Positions 33,776-44,052 of a stretch of 63,935 nt of DNA are shown here, piece after piece. Position 1 is the first letter of the stretch; each line of letters opens with the position of its first letter. Both the position numbers and the translations under genes were made by a program. This DNA is from Muribaculaceae bacterium (lineage in GTDB: Bacteria > Bacteroidota > Bacteroidia > Bacteroidales > Muribaculaceae): assembly GCA_029060285.1 (NCBI GenBank), contig JAIDUH010000005.1, positions 1 through 63,935 on the forward strand, given 5' to 3'. The notes beneath the pieces are model-generated. The model worked only from the letters and a program-made list of their open reading frames with translations, searched no databases and had not been told where the DNA came from.

Positions 33776-36409
33776 GAACTCCTGTCCGAGCACGAAGTGG
33801 AGGTTGCCACCGCCACGTTTACCCCAGACCTTGTCGAAACCGTAGCCCCAGTCTATACCAAGGAAGCCGAGCATCGAGAGATAGAGACGGATACCTACAC
33901 CGGCGGAACGCTTCAGGTTGAAAGGAGCAAAATCCTTTATGTCTGTCCATGCGTTACCAGCCTCTGCAAATGCAAGGGCGAAGATAGTCGTGTTAGGCTG
34001 CAGCATGAACGGGAAGCGAAGTTCGAATGTAAACTTTGAGTAGGCATATGCCTCATAGAAGTTAGGAGTGAACTGACCGTTCTCATAACCACGCATGGAC
34101 ACTGTCTCCGTAGCGTAAGTGTAGCTGCCTGTCATGCCGTCTCCACCGAAGTAGAAAGTCTCGAATGGAGATTTCACATGCTTATTGTATGAGCCTAAAA
34201 GCGCAAAGTCAGCCTTTGTCATCATCACAAGAGTCCAGTTGCTCTCCGGGCTGGTGAGCGGAGTGAAGGTCTTTGCCTGGAATTTCAGTTTCCAATATTC
34301 GATCCACTTATAAAGTTCTGCCTGAGCCTTGGCGTCATACCTTGCAGCTTCCTCGGCAAGCTTCTCCCAATTATGTCCCTTGCGTAGTTTAGTCCAGGGG
34401 GGGGTCATCTGAAGAGAGAGCATGAAGCTTGAGCCTCTGCGCGGATAAATAGGCTGATCGGTGGTGTTGCGGCTAAGCGTCAAGCCAAGAACAATTGAAT
34501 TTGCCGAACCGGTCTGCATAAACCGGAGATATTCCCAATTCTTCAAGTAATACCAGCGATATGCAAGCGACACCTGGAATTGGAACAAGTCGTCAGGCCA
34601 TGACAGACGCGTACCATAAGCAGCGGTCACGCCGGCAAGCTGAAGCACCTTATTAGGGTCATAGGCATTCTGATAGTAGTACTGGTTATTGTTATATCCA
34701 TAACTTCCGCCATAATAATTGTACATGTAGCCAGAGTTATACCAGTTCTGGTTGTAGAAACGGCTGTTGACACCCGTAGAGCGGCTATAGTCTACAGAGA
34801 AGGAGAAAGAGTTAGGCCTCTTGCCTCCAAGCCAAGGATCGAAGAAGCTGATGTTATAGCTTTGATAATATTTGGCATTGGTCTGTGCTGAGATAGAGAA
34901 TGTCTGTCCGTCGCCACGCGGGATAATGCCACGGTAGCTCTGCGGATTAAAGAGATTCTTTATAGAGAAGTTAGAGAAGGAAAGAGCCACCTGTCCCGTC
35001 ACACCCGTCTGACCCCAACCGAGCGACAACTGCACCTTGTCATTGGCTTTCTGCTCAAGGTCGAAGACGATATCTACAGTGCCGTCAGCATCATTTGGAA
35101 TCGGATTGACTCCCATTGTCTCCGGATCAAAGTGTCCGGTGGCTGCAATTTCACGAGCTGAATTCATGAGTGCACTTTTCGAGAAGAGGTCGCCGGGTTT
35201 GACACGAAGTTCGCGACGGATCACCTTCTCGTAAAGCTGGTCGTTGCCATTGATGACTACTTTATTGATCTTTGCCGGCTGTCCTTCAATGATGCGCATG
35301 AGAAGCGAAATGCTGTCGCCGGTCACTTGCTGCTCTATTGGGACAAGCTGGAAGAAGAGATAACCGTTATCAAGATACAAGTTGCTCACGGCATCGTCAT
35401 CGCCCATGGTGCGTTTTTCCAACCGCTTCTGGTTGTAGACATCTCCGGGATACATACCGAGCACATCACCGAGGAATTCGCTTGAATACAAGGTGTTGCC
35501 CACCCAATCTATATCTTTTATATAATAGCGGTCACCCTCGTCTACCGTAAGATAGATGTCGATTTCCTTATCATCATATTTCACGATGGAGTCGCTTAAG
35601 ATCTCGGCATCACGATAGCCAAGCTCATTATACTTTTCGATGATTCGGATCTTGTCGTCGGCATAATCTGAATCCACAAATTTCTTCTGCTTGAAAAGGT
35701 TGAGAATATCGTGGTTCTCATTCGTCTTTTTCATTGCATTCTTAAACTTGCGGTCAGAAAGCACATTATTGCCGTTGACATAGATCTTATGTACCTTCAC
35801 CTTATTCTGGCGGTCGACATTGACAGTAAGGAAATCATAGTTTTCCTGCGAGAGATCAGGCTGCTGTGACGATGTCACCACGACATTCTTGAAGCCCTTG
35901 TCGGAATAATATTGCTTGACGACTTGCTTTATACGTGCGACGATATTAGGAGTAAGCTGCTGACCTTTTTCTACGCCAAGACGCTCGAGAAGGTCTTTTT
36001 TCTCGCCTCCTTTCACTCCTGTAAAGCGGATTTCTGCCATTCGGGGCTGCTGCTTGAGTGATATTTCAAGCCATGCCTTGTCGCCCACCACCTTTTCAAG
36101 GTTGATCTCAACTTTTGAATAAAGGCCCTGACGGTAGAATCGCTTCACAGCAGTAGAAATAGCCTCACCTGGGATTTCCACCCGCTCACCTACTGAAAGA
36201 CCGGAATATCCGATGATTACGTAGTCTTCGACGTCTGGGACGCCGGTCACCTTGATGCCGGCTATCTCATACACCTTTGGAATTGGACTGTAGATGATAT
36301 CCGGGGCATAGATAGTGTCGTTTGCCGGAGTCTGTGCCACTGCGGTAAGAGTCGCGGCGACTGCGGCGACTGCAAGCATAATCCGTCTTAGCATTATATT
36401 CAAAGTCAT
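33773..36409 (-). CDS. bamA: Outer membrane protein assembly factor BamA
   Basis: POTRA repeats (VIRRELRVKPGDLF), barrel motif SMRGYEN, C-terminal FVLGQEF. Confidence 0.95.
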   Translation of the reverse strand: MTLNIMLRRIMLAVAAVAATLTAVAQTPANDTIYAPDIIYSPIPKVYEIAGIKVTGVPDVEDYVIIGYSGLSVGERVEIPGEAISTAVKRFYRQGLYSKVEINLEKVVGDKAWLEISLKQQPRMAEIRFTGVKGGEKKDLLERLGVEKGQQLTPNIVARIKQVVKQYYSDKGFKNVVVTSSQQPDLSQENYDFLTVNVDRQNKVKVHKIYVNGNNVLSDRKFKNAMKKTNENHDILNLFKQKKFVDSDYADDKIRIIEKYNELGYRDAEILSDSIVKYDDKEIDIYLTVDEGDRYYIKDIDWVGNTLYSSEFLGDVLGMYPGDVYNQKRLEKRTMGDDDAVSNLYLDNGYLFFQLVPIEQQVTGDSISLLMRIIEGQPAKINKVVINGNDQLYEKVIRRELRVKPGDLFSKSALMNSAREIAATGHFDPETMGVNPIPNDADGTVDIVFDLEQKANDKVQLSLGWGQTGVTGQVALSFSNFSIKNLFNPQSYRGIIPRGDGQTFSISAQTNAKYYQSYNISFFDPWLGGKRPNSFSFSVDYSRSTGVNSRFYNQNWYNSGYMYNYYGGSYGYNNNQYYYQNAYDPNKVLQLAGVTAAYGTRLSWPDDLFQFQVSLAYRWYYLKNWEYLRFMQTGSANSIVLGLTLSRNTTDQPIYPRRGSSFMLSLQMTPPWTKLRKGHNWEKLAEEAARYDAKAQAELYKWIEYWKLKFQAKTFTPLTSPESNWTLVMMTKADFALLGSYNKHVKSPFETFYFGGDGMTGSYTYATETVSMRGYENGQFTPNFYEAYAYSKFTFELRFPFMLQPNTTIFALAFAEAGNAWTDIKDFAPFNLKRSAGVGIRLYLSMLGFLGIDWGYGFDKVWGKRGGGNLHFVLGQEF

Positions 36410-36442
36410 ATCTTAGTTGTCAAGTTGTCTGAATTTTCATTA

Positions 36443-36490
36443 ATAATTATAAGAATTATAAGACTTATAGGATTTATAACCCTTATAATC
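36443..36490 (-). repeat. 9-mer array after the uppS stop
   Basis: ataattata agaattata agacttata ggatttata acccttata. Confidence 0.75.
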
Positions 36491-37244
36491 ATTGAGCCAC
36501 TTGCTCAGAAGTCTTTCCGAATCTTCGCTCACGCTGCTGATAGTCGACAAGAGCGAGTGCGTATTCCTTTTTCCCGAAATCCGGCCATAGCGTAGGCGTG
36601 AAGTAAAGTTCACTGTAAGCGATCTGCCAAAGGAGGTAGTTGCTTATCCTCTCCTCTCCCCCCGTACGTATCAAAAGGTCAGGGTCCGGCATGCCGGCAG
36701 TAGCAAGGTGGTTGCTGAATACCTCTTCATCGATATCATCAGGATTCAGTTTTCCCTCTGCTGCTTCCCTGGCAAGCTTACGCGCCGCTTCCGCTATTTC
36801 CCATCGCGAAGAATAGCTAATGCAGATGTTGAGCTGAAGACCGGTGCAATGAGCTGTCTTATCCCTTGAATCATAAAGTTCGGCACGTGGACCTTCAGGC
36901 ACCCTCTCAATATCGCCAAGAAGATTGATCTTCACATTATTCTGCAGAAGCTCAGGAAGCTCCCTTGCGATGGCCCATCCAATAATTGTCATCAGTGTAT
37001 CCACTTCCTCTTTCGGGCGATTCCAGTTTTCAGTGCTGAAAGCATAAAGAGTAAGGTATTCCATACCAAGGTCGGATGAAAGGGCGGTGACATTGTGCAC
37101 GCTCGTGATGCCTTCATAGTGGCCGTCACTGCGCACTTTGTCGCGGTTCTTTGCCCAGCGGCCATTACCGTCCATAATCATAGCGACATGTCGCGGGATG
37201 CTGGTCATGTCAAGTCTGCCAAGTATATCTTCAAGTGTTTCCAT
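36489..37244 (-). CDS. uppS: Undecaprenyl diphosphate synthase (isoprenyl transferase)
   Basis: HVAMIMDGNGRWA, YAFSTENWNRP, DLLIRTGGEERISNYLLWQ, RERRFG. Confidence 0.97.
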   Translation of the reverse strand: METLEDILGRLDMTSIPRHVAMIMDGNGRWAKNRDKVRSDGHYEGITSVHNVTALSSDLGMEYLTLYAFSTENWNRPKEEVDTLMTIIGWAIARELPELLQNNVKINLLGDIERVPEGPRAELYDSRDKTAHCTGLQLNICISYSSRWEIAEAARKLAREAAEGKLNPDDIDEEVFSNHLATAGMPDPDLLIRTGGEERISNYLLWQIAYSELYFTPTLWPDFGKKEYALALVDYQQRERRFGKTSEQVAQ

Positions 37245-37256
37245 TCGGAGTTATTT

Positions 37257-37940
37257 TTATCTATAATTGCAAGTGGCACATCGCTTTGAAAACTCATAGC
37301 TGAGTGTCACCGACAAGGTTGAATACCAATCGGTGTTTTTTGCAAACCCCGACTTTATGGCATGAGGGTCAGAGAGAGCCGGCCCATCGAGCTTATCAGA
37401 AAATGTCTTCTTCATAAGAAACTCAAGTCCAAGATTGAGCCTCTCATTGATCTTATATTTTACGCCTATGCCAATGGGCAGTGTCAATGCCACTCCGGTA
37501 TAGCCGTCGGTAGTCCAAAATGTCGCGCCGAGTCCCCCTGTGATGTATGGACTCCAGCGCTTCAGTTTCCTATATCTCTCCCCTATCCCATAATTGAAGA
37601 AATTGAACTCAAACATTTCGCTGAGTTCGAAAAAGGTGGTCGAGAACTTAAACTGCGCGGCATCGGGCAAGACATCTGTCATATCTTCCGTATTGCCGGA
37701 GAGTGTTCCCACATACAGTCCTGTCTTGAAAGCGATCCTCGGACTCTTGATGTAGCGGAAAAGCAACATACCATCGACTCCTGGATGGCTCCATAGATTG
37801 GATGTATTGGCATCGCCAAGATAACCTGTCATACCTATACCTCCACCGGCATCATACCGATAGTCTTCCTGCGCGGAGACAGTCTGAGTGGCTCCGAGGA
37901 AGAGGGCTGCAAGAAATATGACAGTGACGAGCTTTTTCAT
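37257..37940 (-). CDS. DUF6089/PorG-like outer membrane beta-barrel protein
   Basis: Signal peptide, GYLGD, FSDKLDG, NTDWY, C-terminal CATC. Conserved position upstream of uppS-bamA. Confidence 0.75.
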   Translation of the reverse strand: MKKLVTVIFLAALFLGATQTVSAQEDYRYDAGGGIGMTGYLGDANTSNLWSHPGVDGMLLFRYIKSPRIAFKTGLYVGTLSGNTEDMTDVLPDAAQFKFSTTFFELSEMFEFNFFNYGIGERYRKLKRWSPYITGGLGATFWTTDGYTGVALTLPIGIGVKYKINERLNLGLEFLMKKTFSDKLDGPALSDPHAIKSGFAKNTDWYSTLSVTLSYEFSKRCATCNYR

Positions 37941-37946
37941 GGCTTG

Positions 37947-39470
37947 TCAGAACTGTGGAACAAAGGTAAGACGGTTAAGCACACCACGCCACACCTCATT
38001 GTTGAGAGATCCATTGCTCGTTACGCCACCGAAGATGTAGATGTAGGGGCAATCCCAATACACTTTATAATCTTCCACTTCATACTTCACACGAGACATT
38101 CCCGGCAACATGCGACTTGCACGGCTTTCCCAGTTAGCTGACAGGGAAGCTTCCTTAGCCCATTCTACAATTATCCCGTCAAGATTCCATAGACCGGGAA
38201 AGTGGTCGGGAAGCTGCATGTATGACTCAGTGGCATACCAGTTCACGCCATTGTCGTACGACACATATATCCTACGGTTGTAGTTGCCATCCGAACGCAG
38301 GCCACCGATCATCATCCATACAGAAAATTCCGTCTGGACAAGTGATGATGATGTCTTGCGGTAGACGTAATAAGGCACTATGGTAGCACCGATTACCGGT
38401 GGCAGCATCCCTTCTGAAAGCACAGCCCATTGGTCGCCGTCAAAACCCCACGTCTTGTCTGTATACGAGCCATCTGCCAATCTGCCGCCTGCCAAGAAAC
38501 CAATTGGCAACGTAGTCCATCGATTGCTGAATTGCACGAAATCTGAGTAGTCAGCCACCGGGAAGTCCTCGCTGACCGGGAGTTCGGCATATCCCGCGTC
38601 AGAAGGCCATGAAGTGTGAACCAGAGTTCCATTTTCATTGCGCATTCCAAGTAATGCATCGCCATATGCTCCTATAATGTTGGTCCATACGCTCCCTGTG
38701 TTTTCCCATGTGACACCGTCGGCAGATGCATGGAGCACACCTGCAACATCAAGCACATATAGCAAACCGGATGTTGAATTAAATGTCCTTACTTCTGGTT
38801 CAAAATCCAAAGCCAACGCTTGTTTATCCCAGTCTCCTGCAATTATGTCGGCTGCGACAGCCAAGGTGTAGCTGTCATCTGCCTCCCTTATCAGTGAGTG
38901 CGACTTATTCTTGAACATCACAGTCTTCTGCGATTTCGGATTTCCTTGACGCGAGGGCATCGGCGTGACAGCAAGCTGATCCCATACAAGGGAATCAGGC
39001 TCCACCTTATGCACATTGACTTTAATGTCGTAGGAGCGAGTGGTGGTTTTGTCTTCAGCAGTGATTTTCAACACCACTTTACCTGAAAAGTCAACTGAAT
39101 CTGATGGGTTCTTCTTATAGTCGATCTCTCCTGTGGTCTTTCCTCCACTCTGAGTCAGAGTGACAGCTGATGCAGAAGTAGTATAAGAAATTACCGGCAC
39201 AAGCCTGGTTATATCTGTGCCTACAGGGAGCGAGTCAGCATTGAATATCACACCCTTATTAAGGTCAATGGAAAAAAAGACTGAATCCAATTTCACTTTT
39301 GACCCCGTCTTGGACTTAAGGCTAAATTCTTTCACAGCCACAGCCGACGCCGGCATGTATATTTCTTCTTCGCTTTCTGTCTTCTTGTTGCACGACGACA
39401 GGGTGCCTATCAGCATCGCAAGACATGCTGACAACACCAAACCACTTAATAATGAGTTCTTTAAGTTCAC
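37947..39470 (-). CDS. DUF6242-like lipoprotein with beta-propeller-like C-terminus
   Basis: Lipobox LSSC, FSIDLNKGVIFNADSLPVGTD, YDIKVNVHKVEPDSLVW, BNR-like SxDGxxW motifs. Confidence 0.75.
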   Translation of the reverse strand: MNLKNSLLSGLVLSACLAMLIGTLSSCNKKTESEEEIYMPASAVAVKEFSLKSKTGSKVKLDSVFFSIDLNKGVIFNADSLPVGTDITRLVPVISYTTSASAVTLTQSGGKTTGEIDYKKNPSDSVDFSGKVVLKITAEDKTTTRSYDIKVNVHKVEPDSLVWDQLAVTPMPSRQGNPKSQKTVMFKNKSHSLIREADDSYTLAVAADIIAGDWDKQALALDFEPEVRTFNSTSGLLYVLDVAGVLHASADGVTWENTGSVWTNIIGAYGDALLGMRNENGTLVHTSWPSDAGYAELPVSEDFPVADYSDFVQFSNRWTTLPIGFLAGGRLADGSYTDKTWGFDGDQWAVLSEGMLPPVIGATIVPYYVYRKTSSSLVQTEFSVWMMIGGLRSDGNYNRRIYVSYDNGVNWYATESYMQLPDHFPGLWNLDGIIVEWAKEASLSANWESRASRMLPGMSRVKYEVEDYKVYWDCPYIYIFGGVTSNGSLNNEVWRGVLNRLTFVPQF

Positions 39471-39563
39471 AAGAGTATATTTTTAACGCTTAAGCGCGTA
39501 GTTTCAACTTGCAAAATTAACATTATTTGCCAAATAAACCCACATGTAAAGGCAACTTTTTTC

Positions 39564-39590
39564 GATTGTTTTGATTGTTTTGATTGTTTT
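39564..39590. repeat. 9-mer array (GATTGTTTT)3
   Basis: Seen directly in the divergent DUF6242/ribD intergenic region. Confidence 0.75.
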
Positions 39591-39659
39591 TAACAACTTT
39601 TAAGGTAGACTTGCAGATTTCATAGATTTTGATTATTTTTGTAAAAAATATGACCCTGC

Positions 39660-40535
39660 ATGAAGATTGACATCAAGTATATGAAGCGGGCTCTCCAGCT
39701 CGCACGCCTTGGAGAAGGGCTTGTCTCTCCAAATCCCATGGTTGGAGCAGTAATAGTGAGCCCGGAAGGGAAGATTATCGGGGAGGGGTATCATCATCGA
39801 TATGGCGGCCCGCACGCTGAAGTTTGTGCAATAAATTCCGTAAATGAATGTGACCGGCACCTTCTGTCTGAGTCCACCATCTACGTGACTCTCGAGCCAT
39901 GCTCTCATTATGGCAAGACACCGCCGTGTGCAAAACTGATCATCGACACGGGAATTCCCCGTGTGGCAGTAGGGAGTGCAGATCCCTTTAAAGAAGTAAG
40001 CGGGCGCGGCATCAAGATGCTTCGAGAAGCCGGCGTGGAAGTTGCGGAAGATGTGCTCCGCGAAGAGTGTGACGCACTCAACGTCAGATTCCTGACTGCC
40101 CACAGACTCGGGCGCCCTTGGATACAGCTGAAGTGGGCACAAAGCGCAGATAGATTTATGGCAGGTATTGATAAAGACGGGAAGCCGTATCCAGTAAAGT
40201 TCTCAACTCCCGTCTCATCTGTATGGATGCACCGACGCCGTTCGATGGTAGATGCAATCATGGTGGGGAAAAACACTTTGGAAATCGACCATCCCCGCCT
40301 TGACTGCCGACATTGGCCGGGCGGCGCACCGCGTCGCGTAGAAGCAAGCCACAATCTTGAAGAGCAGATGCGCGAGCTATATAAAGAAGGGGTGACATCA
40401 CTGATGGTAGAAGGAGGTCCCACCCTGCTCCAAAGCTTCATCGACCTTGGCCTTTACGACGACATCAAAATCGAGACAGCTGAAAAAAAATTGGGAGCCG
40501 GTCTCCCGTCTCCCCAAATTAATGATGAATTATAA
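39660..40535 (+). CDS. ribD: Bifunctional riboflavin deaminase/reductase
   Basis: PNPMVGAVIV, HAE, TLEPCSHYGKTPPC, KWAQS, VEGG. Confidence 0.95.
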   Translation: MKIDIKYMKRALQLARLGEGLVSPNPMVGAVIVSPEGKIIGEGYHHRYGGPHAEVCAINSVNECDRHLLSESTIYVTLEPCSHYGKTPPCAKLIIDTGIPRVAVGSADPFKEVSGRGIKMLREAGVEVAEDVLREECDALNVRFLTAHRLGRPWIQLKWAQSADRFMAGIDKDGKPYPVKFSTPVSSVWMHRRRSMVDAIMVGKNTLEIDHPRLDCRHWPGGAPRRVEASHNLEEQMRELYKEGVTSLMVEGGPTLLQSFIDLGLYDDIKIETAEKKLGAGLPSPQINDEL

Positions 40536-40626
40536 ATAACTAATGATAAATTATCTCACTTGAAAAGGATTCCTATAGGGAATCCTAAATTTATCATTTA
40601 TAATTAATCATTTATCATTAGCCAAT
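40520..40626. repeat. Inverted heptamer arrays enclosing a small hairpin between convergent ribD and ilvC
   Basis: taatgat gaattat aaataac taatgat aaattat, then AGGATTCC-tatag-GGAATCCT, then aatttatcatt tataatt aatcatt tatcatt. Confidence 0.75.
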
Positions 40627-41669
40627 TAGTTGCCTTCCGGACGCAATCCACGCACTACAGCACCCGCCTGCCACATTTCACTCTCACGGAGATCCTTGAG
40701 CTCTTTCTCGAGACCTTCACGATAGTCAGGCTTGGAATTGGAATCGATTGAGTTCTGAGCCTCAATGCCATCGGCAACGCTCTGATAGAGTTTCTGCATC
40801 ACCGGTTTGATGGCATCGTGGAAAGGAGTCATCCAGTCAAGCGCACCACGCTGTGCTGTAGTGGAGCAGTTTGCATACATCCAGTCCATACCCTTCTTTG
40901 CCACGAGAGGCATGAGCGACTGGGTAAGTTCTTCCACAGTCTCGTTGAATGCCTCAGACGGTGTGTGACCATTCTCACGCAACACTTCATACTGGGCAAG
41001 GAAAAGACCCTGGATAGCACCCATAAGGCTGCCGCGTTCGCCGGTCAGGTCGCTATATGCCTCACGCTTAAAGGTGGTCTCGAAAATGTAGCCTGATCCG
41101 ATGCCGATAGCAAGAGCGAGCGTGCGTTCAAGTGCTCGGCCTGTGTAGTCTTGCTCGATGGCATAGCTTGAGTTCAGGCCGCGACCTTCGAGAAACATAG
41201 TGCGAAGGGATGTGCCGCTGCCTTTAGGTGCCACGAGAATGACATCCACGTCAGCCGGAGGAACCACGCCGGTACGTTCAGGCCAAGCGATAGCAAAACC
41301 ATGGGAAAAATATAGAGCCTTCCCTGCAGTGAGATGTTTCTTTATCACAGGCCATACGGAAAGCACGGCTGCATCAGAGAGGAGACACATGATGATAGTG
41401 CCTTTCGCGCAAGCTTCTTCGATAGAGAAAAGAGTCTGACCGGGCACCCAACCGTCGGCAACTGCCTTGTCATATGTCTTGCCTTCACGCTGACCCACGA
41501 TAACGTTAAAGCCATTATCACGGAGATTAAGGCTCTGGCCGGGACCCTGCACACCATAACCAATCACTGCTATAGTCTCGTCTTTCAGTATTTCACGCGC
41601 TTTCTCAAGAGGGAATTCCTCTCTTGTGACTACAGTCTCTTCGACTGCGCCGAATTTCATTTTTGCCAT
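40626..41669 (-). CDS. ilvC: Ketol-acid reductoisomerase
   Basis: VIGYGVQG, FSHGF, VAPKGSG, SDLTGERGSLMG. Confidence 0.97.
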   Translation of the reverse strand: MAKMKFGAVEETVVTREEFPLEKAREILKDETIAVIGYGVQGPGQSLNLRDNGFNVIVGQREGKTYDKAVADGWVPGQTLFSIEEACAKGTIIMCLLSDAAVLSVWPVIKKHLTAGKALYFSHGFAIAWPERTGVVPPADVDVILVAPKGSGTSLRTMFLEGRGLNSSYAIEQDYTGRALERTLALAIGIGSGYIFETTFKREAYSDLTGERGSLMGAIQGLFLAQYEVLRENGHTPSEAFNETVEELTQSLMPLVAKKGMDWMYANCSTTAQRGALDWMTPFHDAIKPVMQKLYQSVADGIEAQNSIDSNSKPDYREGLEKELKDLRESEMWQAGAVVRGLRPEGN

Positions 41670-41711
41670 ATCTATATAATTTGGAATAATTGTATGCTGA
41701 TTTAACCAGCA

Positions 41712-41747
41712 TGATTTGTCTTGTTAGTCTTGTTAGTCTTATTAGTC
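41712..41747 (-). repeat. 9-mer array at the ilvN stop
   Basis: ttgttagtc ttgttagtc ttattagtc. Confidence 0.75.
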
Positions 41748-42278
41748 TAATTTGCGCTTGCTCCGATTCTCCAGAAACTCATCGACGAGTTCGCGAGATG
41801 ATCTGGTGACGGCAATCCTCCCCGACCTCACGAATTGGCGGATGCCAAGCGGTTTCAGGTGCTCGTAGAGTTCCTTGATCTCGTTGGTATGGCCGGTCTT
41901 CTCAAATACCGTGTACTCCGGATGTATCTCAAGCACCCGAGCCCCATGCTTTCGCACTATCTCCTCGATGTCAGTGTTGACCACACTTTCCGTAGGCACT
42001 TTATAAAGCGCCACCTCTTGGAATAGTATCTCATCGTCAGTGAGAAGGAAAGCCTTGATGACATCTATACGTTTCTCTATCTGCTTTACGACATGCTCCA
42101 TCATAGGGCGTGTGGATCGGCAAGTGATAGTGAATTTATGCACGCCCTCTATGGAGCATGCGCTCACAGTCATGCTATCAATATTCAGACAGCGACGGCT
42201 GAATATCATCGATATCTGATGGAGGAGAGTAACTCTGTTTTCGGTATATACCGCAAGTGTAAACAACTGTTCTTCCAT
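41742..42278 (-). CDS. ilvN: Acetolactate synthase small (regulatory) subunit
   Basis: ACT domain ENRVTLLHQISMIFSRR...NIDS, C-terminal FVRSG. ATG at 42278 just after the ilvB stop. Confidence 0.92.
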   Translation of the reverse strand: MEEQLFTLAVYTENRVTLLHQISMIFSRRCLNIDSMTVSACSIEGVHKFTITCRSTRPMMEHVVKQIEKRIDVIKAFLLTDDEILFQEVALYKVPTESVVNTDIEEIVRKHGARVLEIHPEYTVFEKTGHTNEIKELYEHLKPLGIRQFVRSGRIAVTRSSRELVDEFLENRSKRKLD

Positions 42279-42282
42279 AGCT

Positions 42283-44004
42283 TCAGACCGGTTTATAGTA
42301 TTCAGATTCATTAAGCAATATCTCGTCTACCCCATTGCCGCCGGGAGTCATCGGGAAAATCATATCCGTCTCATCAATGTTGACATTGAGAAGGTAAGCC
42401 CCGTCATGGGCTGCCATCTTGGCGATGGCTTCATCAAGTTGGGAAACATCCGCCACGTCAGCTGCTGCTATGCCATAGGCTGCCGCAAGCATCTTAAAGT
42501 CGGGATTGACCATGGGAGTGCTGCTGTAGCGACCCTTAAAGAAAAGATGTTGCCACTGGCGCACGTTCCCAAGGAAGTTATTGTTGAGCAATACTATCTT
42601 GACATCTATACCATATTCCATAATCATCCCGAATTCTTCGACCGTCATCTGAAGGCCACCGTCGCCACAGAAAAGCACCACATTTCTATCAGGCACGCCT
42701 ATCTTGGCTCCGATTGCTGCAGGAAGACCATATCCCATTGTCCCCAGTCCCCCGGAGGATATCAAGCTTCGGGAGGATTTGAACCGTGAGTATTTGACGG
42801 CAAACATCTGATTCTGCCCTACGTCTGTCACTACCACTGCATCGTTGCCGAAAGCATCACATACCTTTCTGATCACTCCCCCCATAAGCATACGCCCATC
42901 GGGAGCGGCGCATTTGAGCTCTCTTGCCATCACCCGCTCTTCCTCCACACGACGATGCTGATCGAATGATGCTCGCCATTCTTTACGCGATTTGCTCTCT
43001 ACTATGGGCAAAAGAGCCTCCAGGGCCTTGCGGGCATCGGAATGCACGTGAAGATCGCATTTGATCATCTTGTCAAATTCACTCTCGTCGATGTCGATAT
43101 GGATTATCTTCGCATCAGGAGCATATTTCTTGATGTCTCCCGTCACCCTATCGTCGAAACGCATGCCAACCGCTAAGATAAGGTCTGCACGATTTGTATT
43201 GATGTTCGGGCCAAGGTTGCCGTGCATTCCAAGCATGCCTACATATTGCGGATGATCGGAAGGGATGGAAGAAAGACCAAGCATCGTGGTGCCTACCGGC
43301 AATTCACCTTTTTCCACAAGTTCAGCAAGCACCTTCTCCGCTCCGGCTATCATGATGCCATGTCCGGCAAGCACAAGCGGACGCTCAGACTCGTTGATGA
43401 GACGGGCGGCCTCTTCTATGACCCCTGCTGCCGGCTCCGGATCTGAATCGTAGCTGCGTATGAAGGGAACGGTCTGTTTTTCATATACTGCCGTTCCCAC
43501 CTGAGCGTCACGGGCAAGGTCTATCACGACCGGACCCGGGCGTCCGGAGTTGGCTATATAGAATGCGCGGCTTAACGCGGGGGCTATGTCTTCAGGCTTA
43601 CGCACTTGAAAGGCCCATTTTGTGACCGGGAGCACACTTGATATCACGTCGCTTTCCTGGAATGCATCTTTGCCGAGCATTGCCGTCCCTACCTGACCGG
43701 AGATGGCTACAATCGGAGTGCTGTCCATAAGAGCATCTGCCAAGCCTGTAAGAAGGTTCATTGCGCCGGGACCCGATGTAGTGATCACAACTCCGGTGCG
43801 ACCCGTGGCACGTGCATATCCCTCAGCCGCATGGATAGCGCCCTGCTCATGGCGCGCGAGATAATGACGCACGCCATATTCATTTTCATATATCTTGTCA
43901 TACACCGGCATTATCTGACCTCCCGGATAGCCAAACATACATTCGACTCCGTTATCGGCCAAAGCACGGATCAATATCTCCGATCCGGTTATCTTTTCTT
44001 CCAT
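42283..44004 (-). CDS. ilvB: Acetolactate synthase large subunit
   Basis: FGYPGG, RHEQGA, TSGPGA, RFDDRVTG, GTMGYGLP, GDGG...NN TPP-binding motif. Confidence 0.97.
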   Translation of the reverse strand: MEEKITGSEILIRALADNGVECMFGYPGGQIMPVYDKIYENEYGVRHYLARHEQGAIHAAEGYARATGRTGVVITTSGPGAMNLLTGLADALMDSTPIVAISGQVGTAMLGKDAFQESDVISSVLPVTKWAFQVRKPEDIAPALSRAFYIANSGRPGPVVIDLARDAQVGTAVYEKQTVPFIRSYDSDPEPAAGVIEEAARLINESERPLVLAGHGIMIAGAEKVLAELVEKGELPVGTTMLGLSSIPSDHPQYVGMLGMHGNLGPNINTNRADLILAVGMRFDDRVTGDIKKYAPDAKIIHIDIDESEFDKMIKCDLHVHSDARKALEALLPIVESKSRKEWRASFDQHRRVEEERVMARELKCAAPDGRMLMGGVIRKVCDAFGNDAVVVTDVGQNQMFAVKYSRFKSSRSLISSGGLGTMGYGLPAAIGAKIGVPDRNVVLFCGDGGLQMTVEEFGMIMEYGIDVKIVLLNNNFLGNVRQWQHLFFKGRYSSTPMVNPDFKMLAAAYGIAAADVADVSQLDEAIAKMAAHDGAYLLNVNIDETDMIFPMTPGGNGVDEILLNESEYYKPV

Positions 44005-44052
44005 ATATAATAATTCGTAAAAAAGTCAATCGTAAAACGAACAACGCAAAAC

